Positions 33,432-42,977 of a stretch of DNA of 64,000 nucleotides are shown in pieces. The DNA comes from a bacterium (GTDB lineage Bacteria > Patescibacteriota > Minisyncoccia > UBA6257 > 02-FULL-45-10c). The position numbers and the translations under genes are program-made. Within the stretch, counting starts at the first letter, position 1; each line of letters opens with the position of its first letter. Below the pieces are notes generated by a model that searched no databases, was not told the DNA's origin, and saw only the letters and a program-made list of their open reading frames with translations. The DNA is taken from positions 13,428 to 77,427 of the forward strand of contig JAUYKI010000006.1 of the NCBI GenBank assembly GCA_030700025.1, read 5' to 3'.

Positions 33432-34646
33432 TTGTCAAATGGAGAATTGTGTGGCATTATATCGCATATGAACGTGAGGAAGAGAAGGGTTTTCGTAGCT
33501 ATGAGTGGCGGAGTGGACAGCTCGGTCGCGGCAGCGCTTCTTAAAGAGCGCGGTTTTGAGGTAGTAGGAGCGCATATGAAATGTTGGAGCCAGGGCGGCC
33601 CTTCGACGGGGCTCAGGGCAGAATCCTGTTCCGCGGAACAGGATTCTGAAGATGCTCGCCGGGCAGCCGAAGTTTTAGGCGTTCCTTTTTATGTTTTTGA
33701 TTTTGAAAAAGAATATAAAGAGAGGGTAGTGAAGTATATGGTGGACGGCTATAAAGAGGGGATTACGCCGAATCCGGATGTAATGTGCAATAAGGAAATA
33801 AAATTCGGGCTTTTTTTAGAAAAGGCATTGGAATTAGGAGCGGATTACGTGGCGACTGGGCACTATGTGCGCCTACGGCGAAAATCCCAAATCACAAATT
33901 ACAAATCACAAACAAATTCAAAATCCAAAAATTCGAATCAAAAAAGTTTGGAATTTGGTGCTTGTGTTTTGGAAATTGCGAAGGATGAGCTTAAGGATCA
34001 AAGTTATTTTCTTTGGACTTTGACACAAAAGCAATTAAAACATTGCTTATTCCCGATAGGGGAATATAAAAAGCCCGAAGTGAGGAAGCTGGCGAAAAAG
34101 TTCGGTTTGCCGAACGCGGAGAAAAAAGATTCGCAGGGAGTATGTTTTTTGGGCCAGATTTCTTTAAAAGATTTCCTCGGTAATTATTTGCCTCAGAAAA
34201 AAGGAATAGTTTTAAATACCGCCGGCCAGATTGTGGGCGAGCATGACGGCGCGCATTTTTATACTATCGGCCAGCGCGGGGGGCTGGGTATTGGCTTGAA
34301 TAAGCCCCACTATATTGCGGAAAAGGATGTTAAAGAAAACGCCATTTTAGTGGCTGAAGAAAATGACCCGGTTTTATTTCAGAAAGAAATTGAATTAGTT
34401 AATTTAAATTTTATCATCCCAATCATCTCCCTTATTCGTGAGAATGGTGGAATGAAGGTTTTGGCGCGCGTTAGATATCGACAACCATTAACCGAAGCCT
34501 TGCTTCGGCAAATCATAAATCCCAAATCCCAAATCCCAAATTATAAGTTGGTGTTTAAAAAGCCGCAAAAATTTGTCGCTTCCGGCCAATCCGCCGTTTT
34601 CTATGATAAAAAAGGCGTCATGCTAGGCGGCGGAGTCATAGTTTAA
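33432..34646 (+). CDS. mnmA: tRNA 2-thiouridine synthase MnmA (with low-complexity insertion)
   Basis: PP-loop VAMSGGVDSSV; catalytic Cys region; low-complexity KSQITNYKSQTNSK insertion from a CAAAT(C/T)A-type repeat; alternative start 33468. Confidence 0.8.
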   Translation: MSNGELCGIISHMNVRKRRVFVAMSGGVDSSVAAALLKERGFEVVGAHMKCWSQGGPSTGLRAESCSAEQDSEDARRAAEVLGVPFYVFDFEKEYKERVVKYMVDGYKEGITPNPDVMCNKEIKFGLFLEKALELGADYVATGHYVRLRRKSQITNYKSQTNSKSKNSNQKSLEFGACVLEIAKDELKDQSYFLWTLTQKQLKHCLFPIGEYKKPEVRKLAKKFGLPNAEKKDSQGVCFLGQISLKDFLGNYLPQKKGIVLNTAGQIVGEHDGAHFYTIGQRGGLGIGLNKPHYIAEKDVKENAILVAEENDPVLFQKEIELVNLNFIIPIISLIRENGGMKVLARVRYRQPLTEALLRQIINPKSQIPNYKLVFKKPQKFVASGQSAVFYDKKGVMLGGGVIV

Positions 34647-34691
34647 GATTGTAAATCACTTTTGCGTTTTAAAATCTAAAATCGAGGCAAT

Positions 34692-34781
34692 ATCTCTTTA
34701 AAGGAACATCCCGCAGGCGTATTTTGCTTGGACCACAAAATACGCCGAGGGCGAAGAAAGTTTTGCCGCTGGAGCAAAACT
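34692..34781 (+). repeat. Family-1 element, copy E (core; flanks ATCTCTTT / AAAGAGAT)
   Basis: second stem AGTTTTGC/GCAAAACT, a compensatory AT to GC change relative to copies A/C; loop CGCTGGA. Confidence 0.85.
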
Positions 34782-35230
34782 ATTCTGTTTCCGAAAAGAG
34801 ATGTAGCCGAGATCCTTGACAAAGTTCGGGTATCTGTTATACTACCCCATAGTACATTAGCAGTGAGCAATCTTCGGGGTTCCGCCTGCCAGCGGAGCCT
34901 ATACAAATCCTGACGGGGTTTAGCAAGTAGTAAAGCTACAAAGCGCGTGGCGCTTTACTCGTCAGGCAGGCGCGACACCTTACGTTTTTTGGTGTCGTGG
35001 GGCGCTTCGGTGAAAATCGAAGTCCTGGTCAGCGCAGCCAGTCGCCGAATGAGATCTCTCCCGATGCAGGTCGGAAAGTATGATCCTCGGCGCGGCGCAG
35101 AGCGGCAAAGTCCCCGAACGCCTTCCTATCGGAAGGTATGGAAGCCCACCAGCCCCGACTTAATTGTCGGGGCCATTTTTTTATTCGCCTCGCTTTAGTA
35201 AAGGCGGATTTTTTATTACAATAGGCAGAT

Positions 35231-36637
35231 ATGCCATTACATAATTTAGCTTTCTGGTTTTGCGCGTTTTTTCTTGCGGGCATATTTTTGATCAGTATTT
35301 TTAATAATTTTCTCATCGCCTTAGTTATTAGTTTGTTAGTTGTAAGCTATTTGGTCTTTTTGCGGAAATATATTTTTGCCTTGCTGGCGTTAGCGATGAT
35401 TTTAGGCGCCGGTTATTATCAAATTTTCGGAGTAGTTCAAAAATCGCAAACACTGATTCGTTTTGATGAAAAAATAGAGTTTCAAGGCATTGTAAAAGAC
35501 GCGCAAAAATCTGCCACTAGCCAGCAATTAATTTTGGATTTAGAACTGCCTCTGAACGGGAAAGTCCGCATAAATGCCCAGCGTTACCCGGATTTTAATT
35601 ATGGGGATTTAGTAAATGTTACGGGGGTGATTAAAAATCCGCCAGCGCGATCGGAAAATTATTATAAAAAAGAAGGCATTAGCGGGATAGTAAGTTTTCC
35701 GGAAATCCGATTATTGGAAACCGGCCGCGGCAATCCGGCGCTGGCGGCGCTTTTTAGTTTTAAAGAAAGTATAGAAAATGTTTTTCGGAAAATTTTACCG
35801 CAGGAAAAAGCCGCGTTTTTATCCGGCATTACTTTGGGCGAACGGGAAAGTTTTTCTAAGGAACTGGAAGAGAAGATGTCTTTAAGCGGAACCACTCATT
35901 TAGTGGCGCTTTCCGGCTATAATATCACGGTTATTGCTCTGGCAATTGGCTGGTTATTTGGCTCATTTTTGGCCCGTAGAGCCTCGTTCTACCTAAGCGT
36001 GGCGGTTATTGTTCTATTCGTCTTAATGGCCGGGGCAGAGGCGTCGGTAGTGCGGGCGGCGATTATGGGTATTATCGCGCTGGTAGCCCAGCATACCGAG
36101 CGGGCGCATAGCGTCCGAAACGCCATTATTATCGCGGCCTTTTTGATGGTCTTGGCGAATCCGCGGGTGCTGGTTTTTGATCTGGGCTTTCAGCTTTCTT
36201 TTGCCGCGCTTTTAGGAATTATTTATATTTCGCCGGTGTTAAAAAAGGTTCTGAAAATTCAAAACCAAGGATTCCTAAATTGGCGGGAGAACCTAGTTAC
36301 GACGCTTTCTGCCCAGTTAGCGGTTGTGCCTTTCTTGCTGGGTAATTTCGGAGCGTTTTCCCTGACCTCATTTTTAGCGAATATCTTGGTTTTGGAAGCG
36401 GTGCCGGTTACTATGGGCTTGGGATTTCTGGCGGGCGGATTAGGATTGATGACGGATTTTTTGGCAAAAATAATCGGCTGGCTGTTGAATATATTAATCG
36501 GCTATGAATTTTGGGTTATTAATATATTTTCCAAAATAACTTTGCCGATAGCCGTAGAATCATTTGGCTTTTTGCCCGCTATAATCTACTATGTGTTATT
36601 AGTTGGACTCATCTACAAACTTCATAAGTTAAGTTAA
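35231..36637 (+). CDS. comEC: DNA internalisation competence protein ComEC/Rec2, membrane (competence) domain
   Basis: 468 aa; N-terminal DUF4131-like segment and polytopic ComEC core (LSGTTHLVALSGYNITV). Confidence 0.8.
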   Translation: MPLHNLAFWFCAFFLAGIFLISIFNNFLIALVISLLVVSYLVFLRKYIFALLALAMILGAGYYQIFGVVQKSQTLIRFDEKIEFQGIVKDAQKSATSQQLILDLELPLNGKVRINAQRYPDFNYGDLVNVTGVIKNPPARSENYYKKEGISGIVSFPEIRLLETGRGNPALAALFSFKESIENVFRKILPQEKAAFLSGITLGERESFSKELEEKMSLSGTTHLVALSGYNITVIALAIGWLFGSFLARRASFYLSVAVIVLFVLMAGAEASVVRAAIMGIIALVAQHTERAHSVRNAIIIAAFLMVLANPRVLVFDLGFQLSFAALLGIIYISPVLKKVLKIQNQGFLNWRENLVTTLSAQLAVVPFLLGNFGAFSLTSFLANILVLEAVPVTMGLGFLAGGLGLMTDFLAKIIGWLLNILIGYEFWVINIFSKITLPIAVESFGFLPAIIYYVLLVGLIYKLHKLS

Positions 36638-36642
36638 GTTTT

Positions 36643-37494
36643 ATGGGGAAACACTTTCAAATTATTTTAGGATGCGCGGTGGCGATTGATTTATTAGTCT
36701 GGTCTTTTATTTTGTTTCCAGCGGAAGCGAAGAATTCAGAGCTTTATTTTTTGCCGGTCGGGCAAGGGGATAGTTCGCTGGTTAATTTAGCTGGCGGCGC
36801 TCAGTTATTGATTGACGGCGGGCCGATAAACGGCAAGGCGCAGGCTAATTTGGAAAAGATTTTAGGCATCAATGACCGCTATGTGGACTTAGTTATGATT
36901 TCCCACCCGCAATTAGACCATTACGGCGGATTGATTGAGGTTTTGAAAAATTACGAAGTGGGCGCGGTTTTAACGGATGGCCAGACTGCCGAAAGCGCGG
37001 CCTGGCAGGAATTGGAAAAAGTTATCCGGGATAAGAAAATACCCCAAATTACTCTCTCAACGGGGGATAAAATTAAGTATGGCGATTCGGTTTTGGATAT
37101 TTTAAGCCCTCAAAAAGGCGAGTGGGCAAAAGACGTTAATGATTTGAGCCTAGTGGGGATTTTAGAGGTTAACGGCATTAAATTTCTTTTTGGCGGAGAT
37201 ATGAGCGCCGATAAGGAAAAGCAGCTGGCCGATTTGTATGATGTGAATGCGGATATTTTAAAAGTCAGCCACCATGGGTCAAAGTATTCTTCCAATTCCG
37301 ACTTTCTCAAAGAAGTTAGTCCGGCAGTTTCGGTAATTGAGGTAGGGAAAAACAGCTATGGCCACCCGACCAAAGAGGCGCTGGGCCGGTTGGCCAATTT
37401 CAGCTCCCAAAGTTACCGGACTGATTTAAATGGATTGGTAAAAATTATTCTTGAAAACGGAAAATTAAAAGTTTATACTGAAACCAGTTCTTGA
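36643..37494 (+). CDS. metallo-beta-lactamase-fold protein (ComEC C-terminal domain encoded as separate ORF)
   Basis: 283 aa; signal/TM then MBL motifs (ISHPQLDHYGG, VSHHGS); 5 nt after comEC membrane part. Confidence 0.75.
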   Translation: MGKHFQIILGCAVAIDLLVWSFILFPAEAKNSELYFLPVGQGDSSLVNLAGGAQLLIDGGPINGKAQANLEKILGINDRYVDLVMISHPQLDHYGGLIEVLKNYEVGAVLTDGQTAESAAWQELEKVIRDKKIPQITLSTGDKIKYGDSVLDILSPQKGEWAKDVNDLSLVGILEVNGIKFLFGGDMSADKEKQLADLYDVNADILKVSHHGSKYSSNSDFLKEVSPAVSVIEVGKNSYGHPTKEALGRLANFSSQSYRTDLNGLVKIILENGKLKVYTETSS

Positions 37495-37511
37495 AAAGGA
37501 GGTAAAAACCA

Positions 37512-37655
37512 ATGAGCGGAAGGAAGTGGGTGGCCTTGCTGGCGGCGGCGGCCTGGGTGGCGGTTTTTGCGGTTGGCGCTGCCGGCGCATTCTGGACTTT
37601 CTTTGTTGGCTTGATAGCAATTTGCCTGAGTTGTTTATTGATTGCGATTTGGTAA
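37512..37655 (+). CDS. small hydrophobic peptide (47 aa), hypothetical
   Basis: strong RBS AAAGGAGG 8 nt upstream of ATG; MSGRKWVALLAAAAWVAVFAVGAAGAFWTFFVGLIAICLSCLLIAIW; not in ORF track (<60 aa). Confidence 0.45.
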   Translation: MSGRKWVALLAAAAWVAVFAVGAAGAFWTFFVGLIAICLSCLLIAIW

Positions 37656-37748
37656 GCTCCGTTTCGGAGCTTTTTTGTGCTTGACAAGACATTATAGTAT
37701 ATGTTAATATATCCGCAGTAGTTTGAGAGCGAAAAAGGAGGATAGAAG

Positions 37749-38060
37749 ATGGATAGAAAGATGTTGTTGGCGGCGCTGATCGCGCTTGTGTTGGCGCTTG
37801 GGGCTGGGTGCTCATTGGGCGTTGGGGTTTTGGCATCGCTACGCTATTTTGCCATGTTGCTTCTGTATGTGGGAGGATTGCTACTGGTAATGGCCCCACT
37901 CGTCGCTGTAGCATATTTAGTAACGCAATCGAAGTTGGATTCTACATCCTCAATATTGTGTGGGGTTGTGTTAGTTATGGCAAGCCTGATCGCTACTATA
38001 TTTTTAGTCGTAACTTATTGGGTGCTCCTTCTAAAATGGTGCACCGTTCAGTCCCTGTAA
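37749..38060 (+). CDS. small membrane protein (103 aa), hypothetical
   Basis: promoter TTGACA-18-TAATAT upstream, RBS AAGGAGG; three hydrophobic segments; hairpin terminator 38050-38074. Confidence 0.55.
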   Translation: MDRKMLLAALIALVLALGAGCSLGVGVLASLRYFAMLLLYVGGLLLVMAPLVAVAYLVTQSKLDSTSSILCGVVLVMASLIATIFLVVTYWVLLLKWCTVQSL

Positions 38061-38075
38061 AAGGGACTTTTTTAT
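38050..38075 (+). terminator. rho-independent terminator
   Basis: AGTCCCTGTAAAAGGGACT then TTTTTTA; overlaps stop codon of 37749-38060. Confidence 0.65.
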
Positions 38076-38109
38076 TTTCCTAAATTTGTGTACAATTAGA
38101 TTTATATTT

Positions 38110-39495
38110 ATGAGAACTTTTGTTTCCGAAATTATAAATAAAGAAAGCCAAAAAGTTGAGCTGATTGGCTGGGTAAATGTCCGCCGAGACCACGGCAAGC
38201 TGATTTTTATTGATTTGCGGGACAAAAGCGGCGTTTGCCAGGTGGTTTTTATCGGCAAGGCGCTTTATGAAAAAGCCAATCCTTTGCGTTCCGAATGGCT
38301 GGTTAAAGTTACCGGACAAGTGAATAAACGGCCGGCGAATATGGTGAATAAGGATTTAATTACCGGCGAGCATGAAGTAACCGCGGAAGATCTGGAAATT
38401 TTATCGGAATCTAAAACTCCGCCTTTTGATTTAACCGGCGACGGATTGGAAATAGACGAAGAAATCCGGTCCCAGTACCGTTATTTGGATTTGCGTCGGG
38501 AAAGGCTTCAGAAAAATTTAGCGCTTCGGCATAAGGTCAGCGTTTTAGCGAGGGAGTATTTGAACAAAAACGATTTTATAGAAATTGAAACTCCGACTTT
38601 AACTAAAACTTCGCCGGAAGGAGCGCGGGATTTTTTGGTGCCGTCCCGTTTTCATCCGGGAAAATTTTACGCTCTTCCGCAGGCGCCTCAGCAGTATAAA
38701 CAGCTTTTAATGATTGCCGGCTTTGAGCGTTATTATCAGCTGGCGCATGCTTTCCGCGATGAGGACCTCCGGGGCGACCGGCAGTTTGAACACACCCAAA
38801 TAGACATGGAAATGTCTTTTGTCTCCGAACAGGATATCCGAGATATGGCGGAAGGAATGATGATTTATATCGCGGAGAATTGCGGAAAAAAGGTTCTGCA
38901 AAAGCCGTTTCCGGTATTTACCCACGAAGAGGCTATGCAAAAATTCGGCGCGGATAAGTTTGATTTGCGGGAAGATAAAAATGACAATAATACCCTGGCT
39001 TTTGCCTGGGTGGTAGATTTTCCGCTTTTTGATAAAGACGAAGAAACTAAGAAATTAACCTTTGCCCATAACCCGTTTTCCGCGCCCAAGCCGGAACACG
39101 TGGAAAAATTAATGGCGGGGGAGGACTTGGAACATTTGCGCGCCCAGCAATATGATTTAGTTTGTAACGGCTTGGAAATGGCTTCCGGCGGAGTTCGGAT
39201 TTCCGATCCTAAGGTTCAGCGGAAAGTTTTTGAAATAATGGGCTTAACTCCGGAACAAACCGAGGCGCGATTCGGCCACTTAATCAACGCTTATGAATAC
39301 GGAGCGCCGCCGCATGCCGGCATTGCTCCGGGACTGGACCGGCTGGTAACGGTTCTGGCCGGAGAAAAAAGCATCCGGGAAGTGATTGCTTTTCCGGTAA
39401 GCGCCCACGGCCGGACTTCGGTTATGGATGCGCCGTCCGAGGTGGATAAAAAACAATTGGACGAACTAGGGCTTGAAATAAAGAAGAAAAAGTAA
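38110..39495 (+). CDS. aspS: aspartyl-tRNA synthetase (short form lacking GAD insertion)
   Basis: class II aaRS; N-terminal OB anticodon-binding domain, motifs 1-3 (FRDEDLR, GLEMASGG, GLDRLV); ORF track start 38086 is TTG, ATG at 38110 preferred. Confidence 0.85.
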   Translation: MRTFVSEIINKESQKVELIGWVNVRRDHGKLIFIDLRDKSGVCQVVFIGKALYEKANPLRSEWLVKVTGQVNKRPANMVNKDLITGEHEVTAEDLEILSESKTPPFDLTGDGLEIDEEIRSQYRYLDLRRERLQKNLALRHKVSVLAREYLNKNDFIEIETPTLTKTSPEGARDFLVPSRFHPGKFYALPQAPQQYKQLLMIAGFERYYQLAHAFRDEDLRGDRQFEHTQIDMEMSFVSEQDIRDMAEGMMIYIAENCGKKVLQKPFPVFTHEEAMQKFGADKFDLREDKNDNNTLAFAWVVDFPLFDKDEETKKLTFAHNPFSAPKPEHVEKLMAGEDLEHLRAQQYDLVCNGLEMASGGVRISDPKVQRKVFEIMGLTPEQTEARFGHLINAYEYGAPPHAGIAPGLDRLVTVLAGEKSIREVIAFPVSAHGRTSVMDAPSEVDKKQLDELGLEIKKKK

Positions 39496-39510
39496 TAAGA
39501 TTTTCACATT

Positions 39511-40098
39511 ATGAAATTAAAAGAAGAACAAACATTAGTATTAATAAAACCGGATGGCGTGAAGCGGGGATTGATCGGTGAGATTATGAAGCGAATTGAG
39601 CAGCGCGGATTAAAAATTATCGCGATTCAGATGACGCAAGCGACCAAGCCAATGCTTTTGAAGCATTATTCTGATTCCAAAGAAAATTTGGCAGCGATGG
39701 GGAATAAAACCCTGGCGACTTATCAAAAGTACGGCTTGGATCCGGTCAAAGAAATTGGCACCAATGATCCGGTTAAAATCGGTAAAATGGTTCACGGGTG
39801 GATTGTGGAGTTTATATCCTCAGGGCCGATTGTTAAAATGGTGGTTGAGGGAATTCACGCGGTGGACATGGTTCGCAAGATTATGGGCAATACCATACCG
39901 GCAATTGCGGATATGGGCACGATTCGCGGCGATTATTCCATTGATTCTCCGATTCTCGCCAATGCCCAGAAACGGGGCATAAGAAACGTAGCTCATGCCT
40001 CCGGCAATGTTGCCGAAGCCGAGCTGGAAATCAATCTTTGGTTTAAGCCGGAGGAAATCCATTCCTACAAGCGAGCCGAAGAAGATATTATGTTTTAA
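39511..40098 (+). CDS. ndk: nucleoside diphosphate kinase
   Basis: 195 aa; NDK fold (LVLIKPDGVKRGLIGEIMKRIE), active-site His region NVAHASG; terminator 40104-40126. Confidence 0.8.
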   Translation: MKLKEEQTLVLIKPDGVKRGLIGEIMKRIEQRGLKIIAIQMTQATKPMLLKHYSDSKENLAAMGNKTLATYQKYGLDPVKEIGTNDPVKIGKMVHGWIVEFISSGPIVKMVVEGIHAVDMVRKIMGNTIPAIADMGTIRGDYSIDSPILANAQKRGIRNVAHASGNVAEAELEINLWFKPEEIHSYKRAEEDIMF

Positions 40099-40100
40099 AT

Positions 40101-40130
40101 AAAAAAGCTCGGCATTGCCGAGCTTTTTAG
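40101..40130 (+). terminator. rho-independent terminator after ndk
   Basis: AAAGCTCGGCATTGCCGAGCTTT then TTAG. Confidence 0.7.
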
Positions 40131-40274
40131 TTTCTTAAAAAAGAAAGCCCCCCTCTAATTTATCCCGGCTAAAACCAGGTGGGTGAGCTCAATTTTAGCC
40201 CAAGGGCTAAAATGCTATTGCTCTCCCTTGATAAATTATAATCCGGAAAAAGAGTGGGACCTTCTATAATCATT

Positions 40275-40431
40275 ATAGCATACCCAGTACTACAATAAAG
40301 ATTGCTTGCGGTACGTGGAGCTGACATCAAAAAATAAATTTAATGTTTTTATCGATAAAATACCCGATATTAACTTAATCATATTCCGCAAGAATAGCTC
40401 TTATCTTTGTTGTAGTACTGGGCATATTGAG
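40275..40431. repeat. long imperfect inverted repeat (ATAGCATACCCAGTACTACAATAAAGATTGCTTGCGG / CCGCAAGAATAGCTCTTATCTTTGTTGTAGTACTGGGCATATTGAG) between convergent ndk and permease genes
   Basis: 13-bp perfect core CCCAGTACTACAA / TTGTAGTACTGGG with extended imperfect pairing; encloses ~75 bp. Confidence 0.65.
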
Positions 40432-40438
40432 GGGGTTA

Positions 40439-42778
40439 TTACCGCCGGCTTAATTTTCTGATAAACCGTTCCCAAAACGCCTCGGCAATTCCTTGGTGCC
40501 CCTTAACGATCATTAAAGAGGCGTCCATATGCTTAGAAAGCATTTCCGGGACATTGCCAAACCGGATTTCTTTCAGGAACTTAGGCCGCGAGGCCGTAAT
40601 CAGAACGGTGTCCACGCCCGCCCTTTTGACCTCTTCAATAATCGCAGTGACGACGGATTTGTCTTTAAAGAATTCTATTTTATTAAAATCTTTTTTCTTT
40701 AAGCCGAGCGGTTTTAGCATTAATGATGGGTCGGGTTTGAGATAAAAGGGGACTTCGGTTTTTAAAATGCTTAAAAATTCAGTTTGAGGTTTAAAGTAAT
40801 TAACTAAGCCGGTAAAGATTTCTCCGGCGGCGGGCAAGTAGGGATTATTGGCGGCGGGATCGGCGGCAACGAGCAAGGATTTAATTTGACTAGGCTGTTT
40901 GACCACCAAAAGATCGCATTTGGATTCACGAAGAATCCGGTCAATCTTACTGCCGAAAACTGTTCCTTTGGTTTGGGTATAGCCTTCCCAATTAAGGATC
41001 AAAAGGTCGCAATCCTCCATTTTTACGATATCTAAAATAATATCCACTACGTCCCGGCCAACCATGATAAGGTTATGCAGATTGATATCTTTCCCGATAC
41101 CCGGAGTTTTTTGATTAAATTCTTCGGCCCAAATTTTAATGTCTTCAAAAGTCTGGCGGTCGTGTTTTACATTGGCGCCGGTGGTCAGGGGAATAGACGG
41201 ATGAACTTCGTGGACGATTACAAAAATAATTTCGCCGTTGAGATGGCTGGCCAGCGCGAAAGCAATTTCAGAAAGATTTTTCAATTCCTCTTTCGAGATG
41301 TCCGGCGCGATCGGCAATAAAATCCGTTTGCCGGTTTTTGGGCCGACCCGGATAGCTTCTTCGTAAATAATTTCTTTTTCAAATTGCTCGCGGCTTTGCG
41401 CTTGGGCGTAAGAAAAATAATTTACCAGCCCGATTAACGCCCAGACAATAGTTATCACCCAGGCAGTCAGATTAATTTGGAGCATGGTAATGGCAAGAGC
41501 GGCGTAAATAATAATCGCCAGCATCGGAGTAACCGGAAAAAACGGTATTTTATAATTCCATTTTATTTTTGGCCAGCGAAAATGGATATTGATGCCGGCA
41601 ATATTCAATTGCAGAAAAAGCAGGACGAAAACCAAGCTGGCGGCGGCGGCAACATCAAATAACGGCAAAGACAGAACCATAATCGCGATTAATATAGTAG
41701 AGGCGACAATCGCGACATGAGGGGTAAGATTTTTTAAATGAATTTGGGAAAGCCGAGACCAGATATTTTTGTCTCTGGCCAGCGCGAAAGAAACATGGCT
41801 GGAGGAGTAGATGGTGGCATTCAGCGCGGCGAGATTAGCTAATAATCCGCCGACTACCATAATGAATCCGCCGAAGGGCATAAATTGGCTGGCGGACTTC
41901 ACAATCGCGCCTTCGCCAAAAGAACTAAGCAGTTCGCCGATGGCGGTTCCTTCTTGCGTAACAGTGGCGCCTACCATAATTAAGCTGACTAAAATATAAA
42001 AAAGCGCGACAACGCCCCAAGAACTAAGCAGGCCAATTTTTAAATCGCGTTTTGGATTTTTAGTTTCTTCACTGGCTTGAACTTGGATTTCTGAACCTTC
42101 AAAAGCGATATAGAAAAATGCCGTGGCGGCAATTATTCCGAGCAAACCGGACGGCAGAAGCGGGGTGAAATTAACTAATGGCTGGGGAGAAGTAAAAATT
42201 TTATAAGCGCCAAAACCGATGAATAAAGTCAGAATAGTTATTAAACAGGCGGTAATATAATTACTGGCCTTGCCGGTAGTTTTGGTTCCGCGCCAATTGA
42301 TATAGCCGAAAATTAATACCGCAACCGCGGCGATTATTTTTTCATTAGAAAACCATTCAAGATTAAAGCCGAGATGGAATTTAAACCCGATAATTTGCAA
42401 AAATTGGTGGGCGTAAAAACCAAAGCTTAGCGCGTAAACTCCGCAAGCCGCGGCATGGGCAAACCAATCCAGCCAGCCGGCTAAAAATCCCTGGAAATTT
42501 CCCAGTCCTTTTCTGACCCAATTGTATCCGCCGCCGGCTTCCGGAAAAGTAGTTCCTAGTGCCAAATACATTTGTAAGTTTAAAAAAGCTACGCCGGCGC
42601 CGAGAATCATGGATAAAAATAATCCCGGGCCGACTAATCCGGCCGCCGGACCGAGTAAGGTAAAAATTCCTCCACCAAGCAGGGCGCCGATGCCCAGCAT
42701 TGTAATTGATCCCGGACCAAGGGTCCGAGCAAGAGTTATGTGGGTAGGATTTTCTAAATTCGGCTCTTGATGAGACAT
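40439..42778 (-). CDS. APC-superfamily amino acid permease fused to tandem universal stress protein (UspA) domains
   Basis: 779 aa; ~12 TM N-terminal half; C-terminal two Usp-like alpha/beta domains (ILLPIAP...FVIVHEV; VLITASRPKF...MIVKG). Confidence 0.7.
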   Translation of the reverse strand: MSHQEPNLENPTHITLARTLGPGSITMLGIGALLGGGIFTLLGPAAGLVGPGLFLSMILGAGVAFLNLQMYLALGTTFPEAGGGYNWVRKGLGNFQGFLAGWLDWFAHAAACGVYALSFGFYAHQFLQIIGFKFHLGFNLEWFSNEKIIAAVAVLIFGYINWRGTKTTGKASNYITACLITILTLFIGFGAYKIFTSPQPLVNFTPLLPSGLLGIIAATAFFYIAFEGSEIQVQASEETKNPKRDLKIGLLSSWGVVALFYILVSLIMVGATVTQEGTAIGELLSSFGEGAIVKSASQFMPFGGFIMVVGGLLANLAALNATIYSSSHVSFALARDKNIWSRLSQIHLKNLTPHVAIVASTILIAIMVLSLPLFDVAAAASLVFVLLFLQLNIAGINIHFRWPKIKWNYKIPFFPVTPMLAIIIYAALAITMLQINLTAWVITIVWALIGLVNYFSYAQAQSREQFEKEIIYEEAIRVGPKTGKRILLPIAPDISKEELKNLSEIAFALASHLNGEIIFVIVHEVHPSIPLTTGANVKHDRQTFEDIKIWAEEFNQKTPGIGKDINLHNLIMVGRDVVDIILDIVKMEDCDLLILNWEGYTQTKGTVFGSKIDRILRESKCDLLVVKQPSQIKSLLVAADPAANNPYLPAAGEIFTGLVNYFKPQTEFLSILKTEVPFYLKPDPSLMLKPLGLKKKDFNKIEFFKDKSVVTAIIEEVKRAGVDTVLITASRPKFLKEIRFGNVPEMLSKHMDASLMIVKGHQGIAEAFWERFIRKLSRR

Positions 42779-42813
42779 AAATACTATCTTAACATATCAG
42801 AGAGTATAAAAAT

Positions 42814-42884
42814 CAGGGTATAGAATAATGGTAGTTCGCACCCTTGGGGTGGGTGTGGCCCCGGTTCGATTCCGGGTACCCTGA
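42814..42884 (+). tRNA. tRNA-Pro (anticodon GGG)
   Basis: acceptor CAGGGUA/UACCCUG plus discriminator A; anticodon stem CACCC/GGGUG with loop UUGGGGU; T-arm CCCGG-UUCGAUU-CCGGG; no encoded CCA. Confidence 0.75.
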
Positions 42885-42977
42885 CATGAGTTTTGAATCG
42901 TCCCAAAAAAGCCATGCCTACCAGCAGGCAGGAACAATTTAATTTTCCGGAAGGATTAACTCCGGAGGTATTTAAGC

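Noticed and set aside
37465-37914. 149-aa minus-strand ORF with PPPRPPPPARPP low complexity
   Set aside because: It is antisense to two well-supported small membrane-protein genes with strong RBSs. The Pro/Ala-rich composition is typical of a GC-rich antisense frame.
40130-40270. Possible tRNA in GGGTGAGCTCAATTTTAGCCCAAGGGCTAAAATG region
   Set aside because: A cloverleaf cannot be completed (no T-loop GTTCGA-like sequence or acceptor pairing). It is a simple hairpin CCCAAGGGCTAAAATG with GCTAAAACCAGG.
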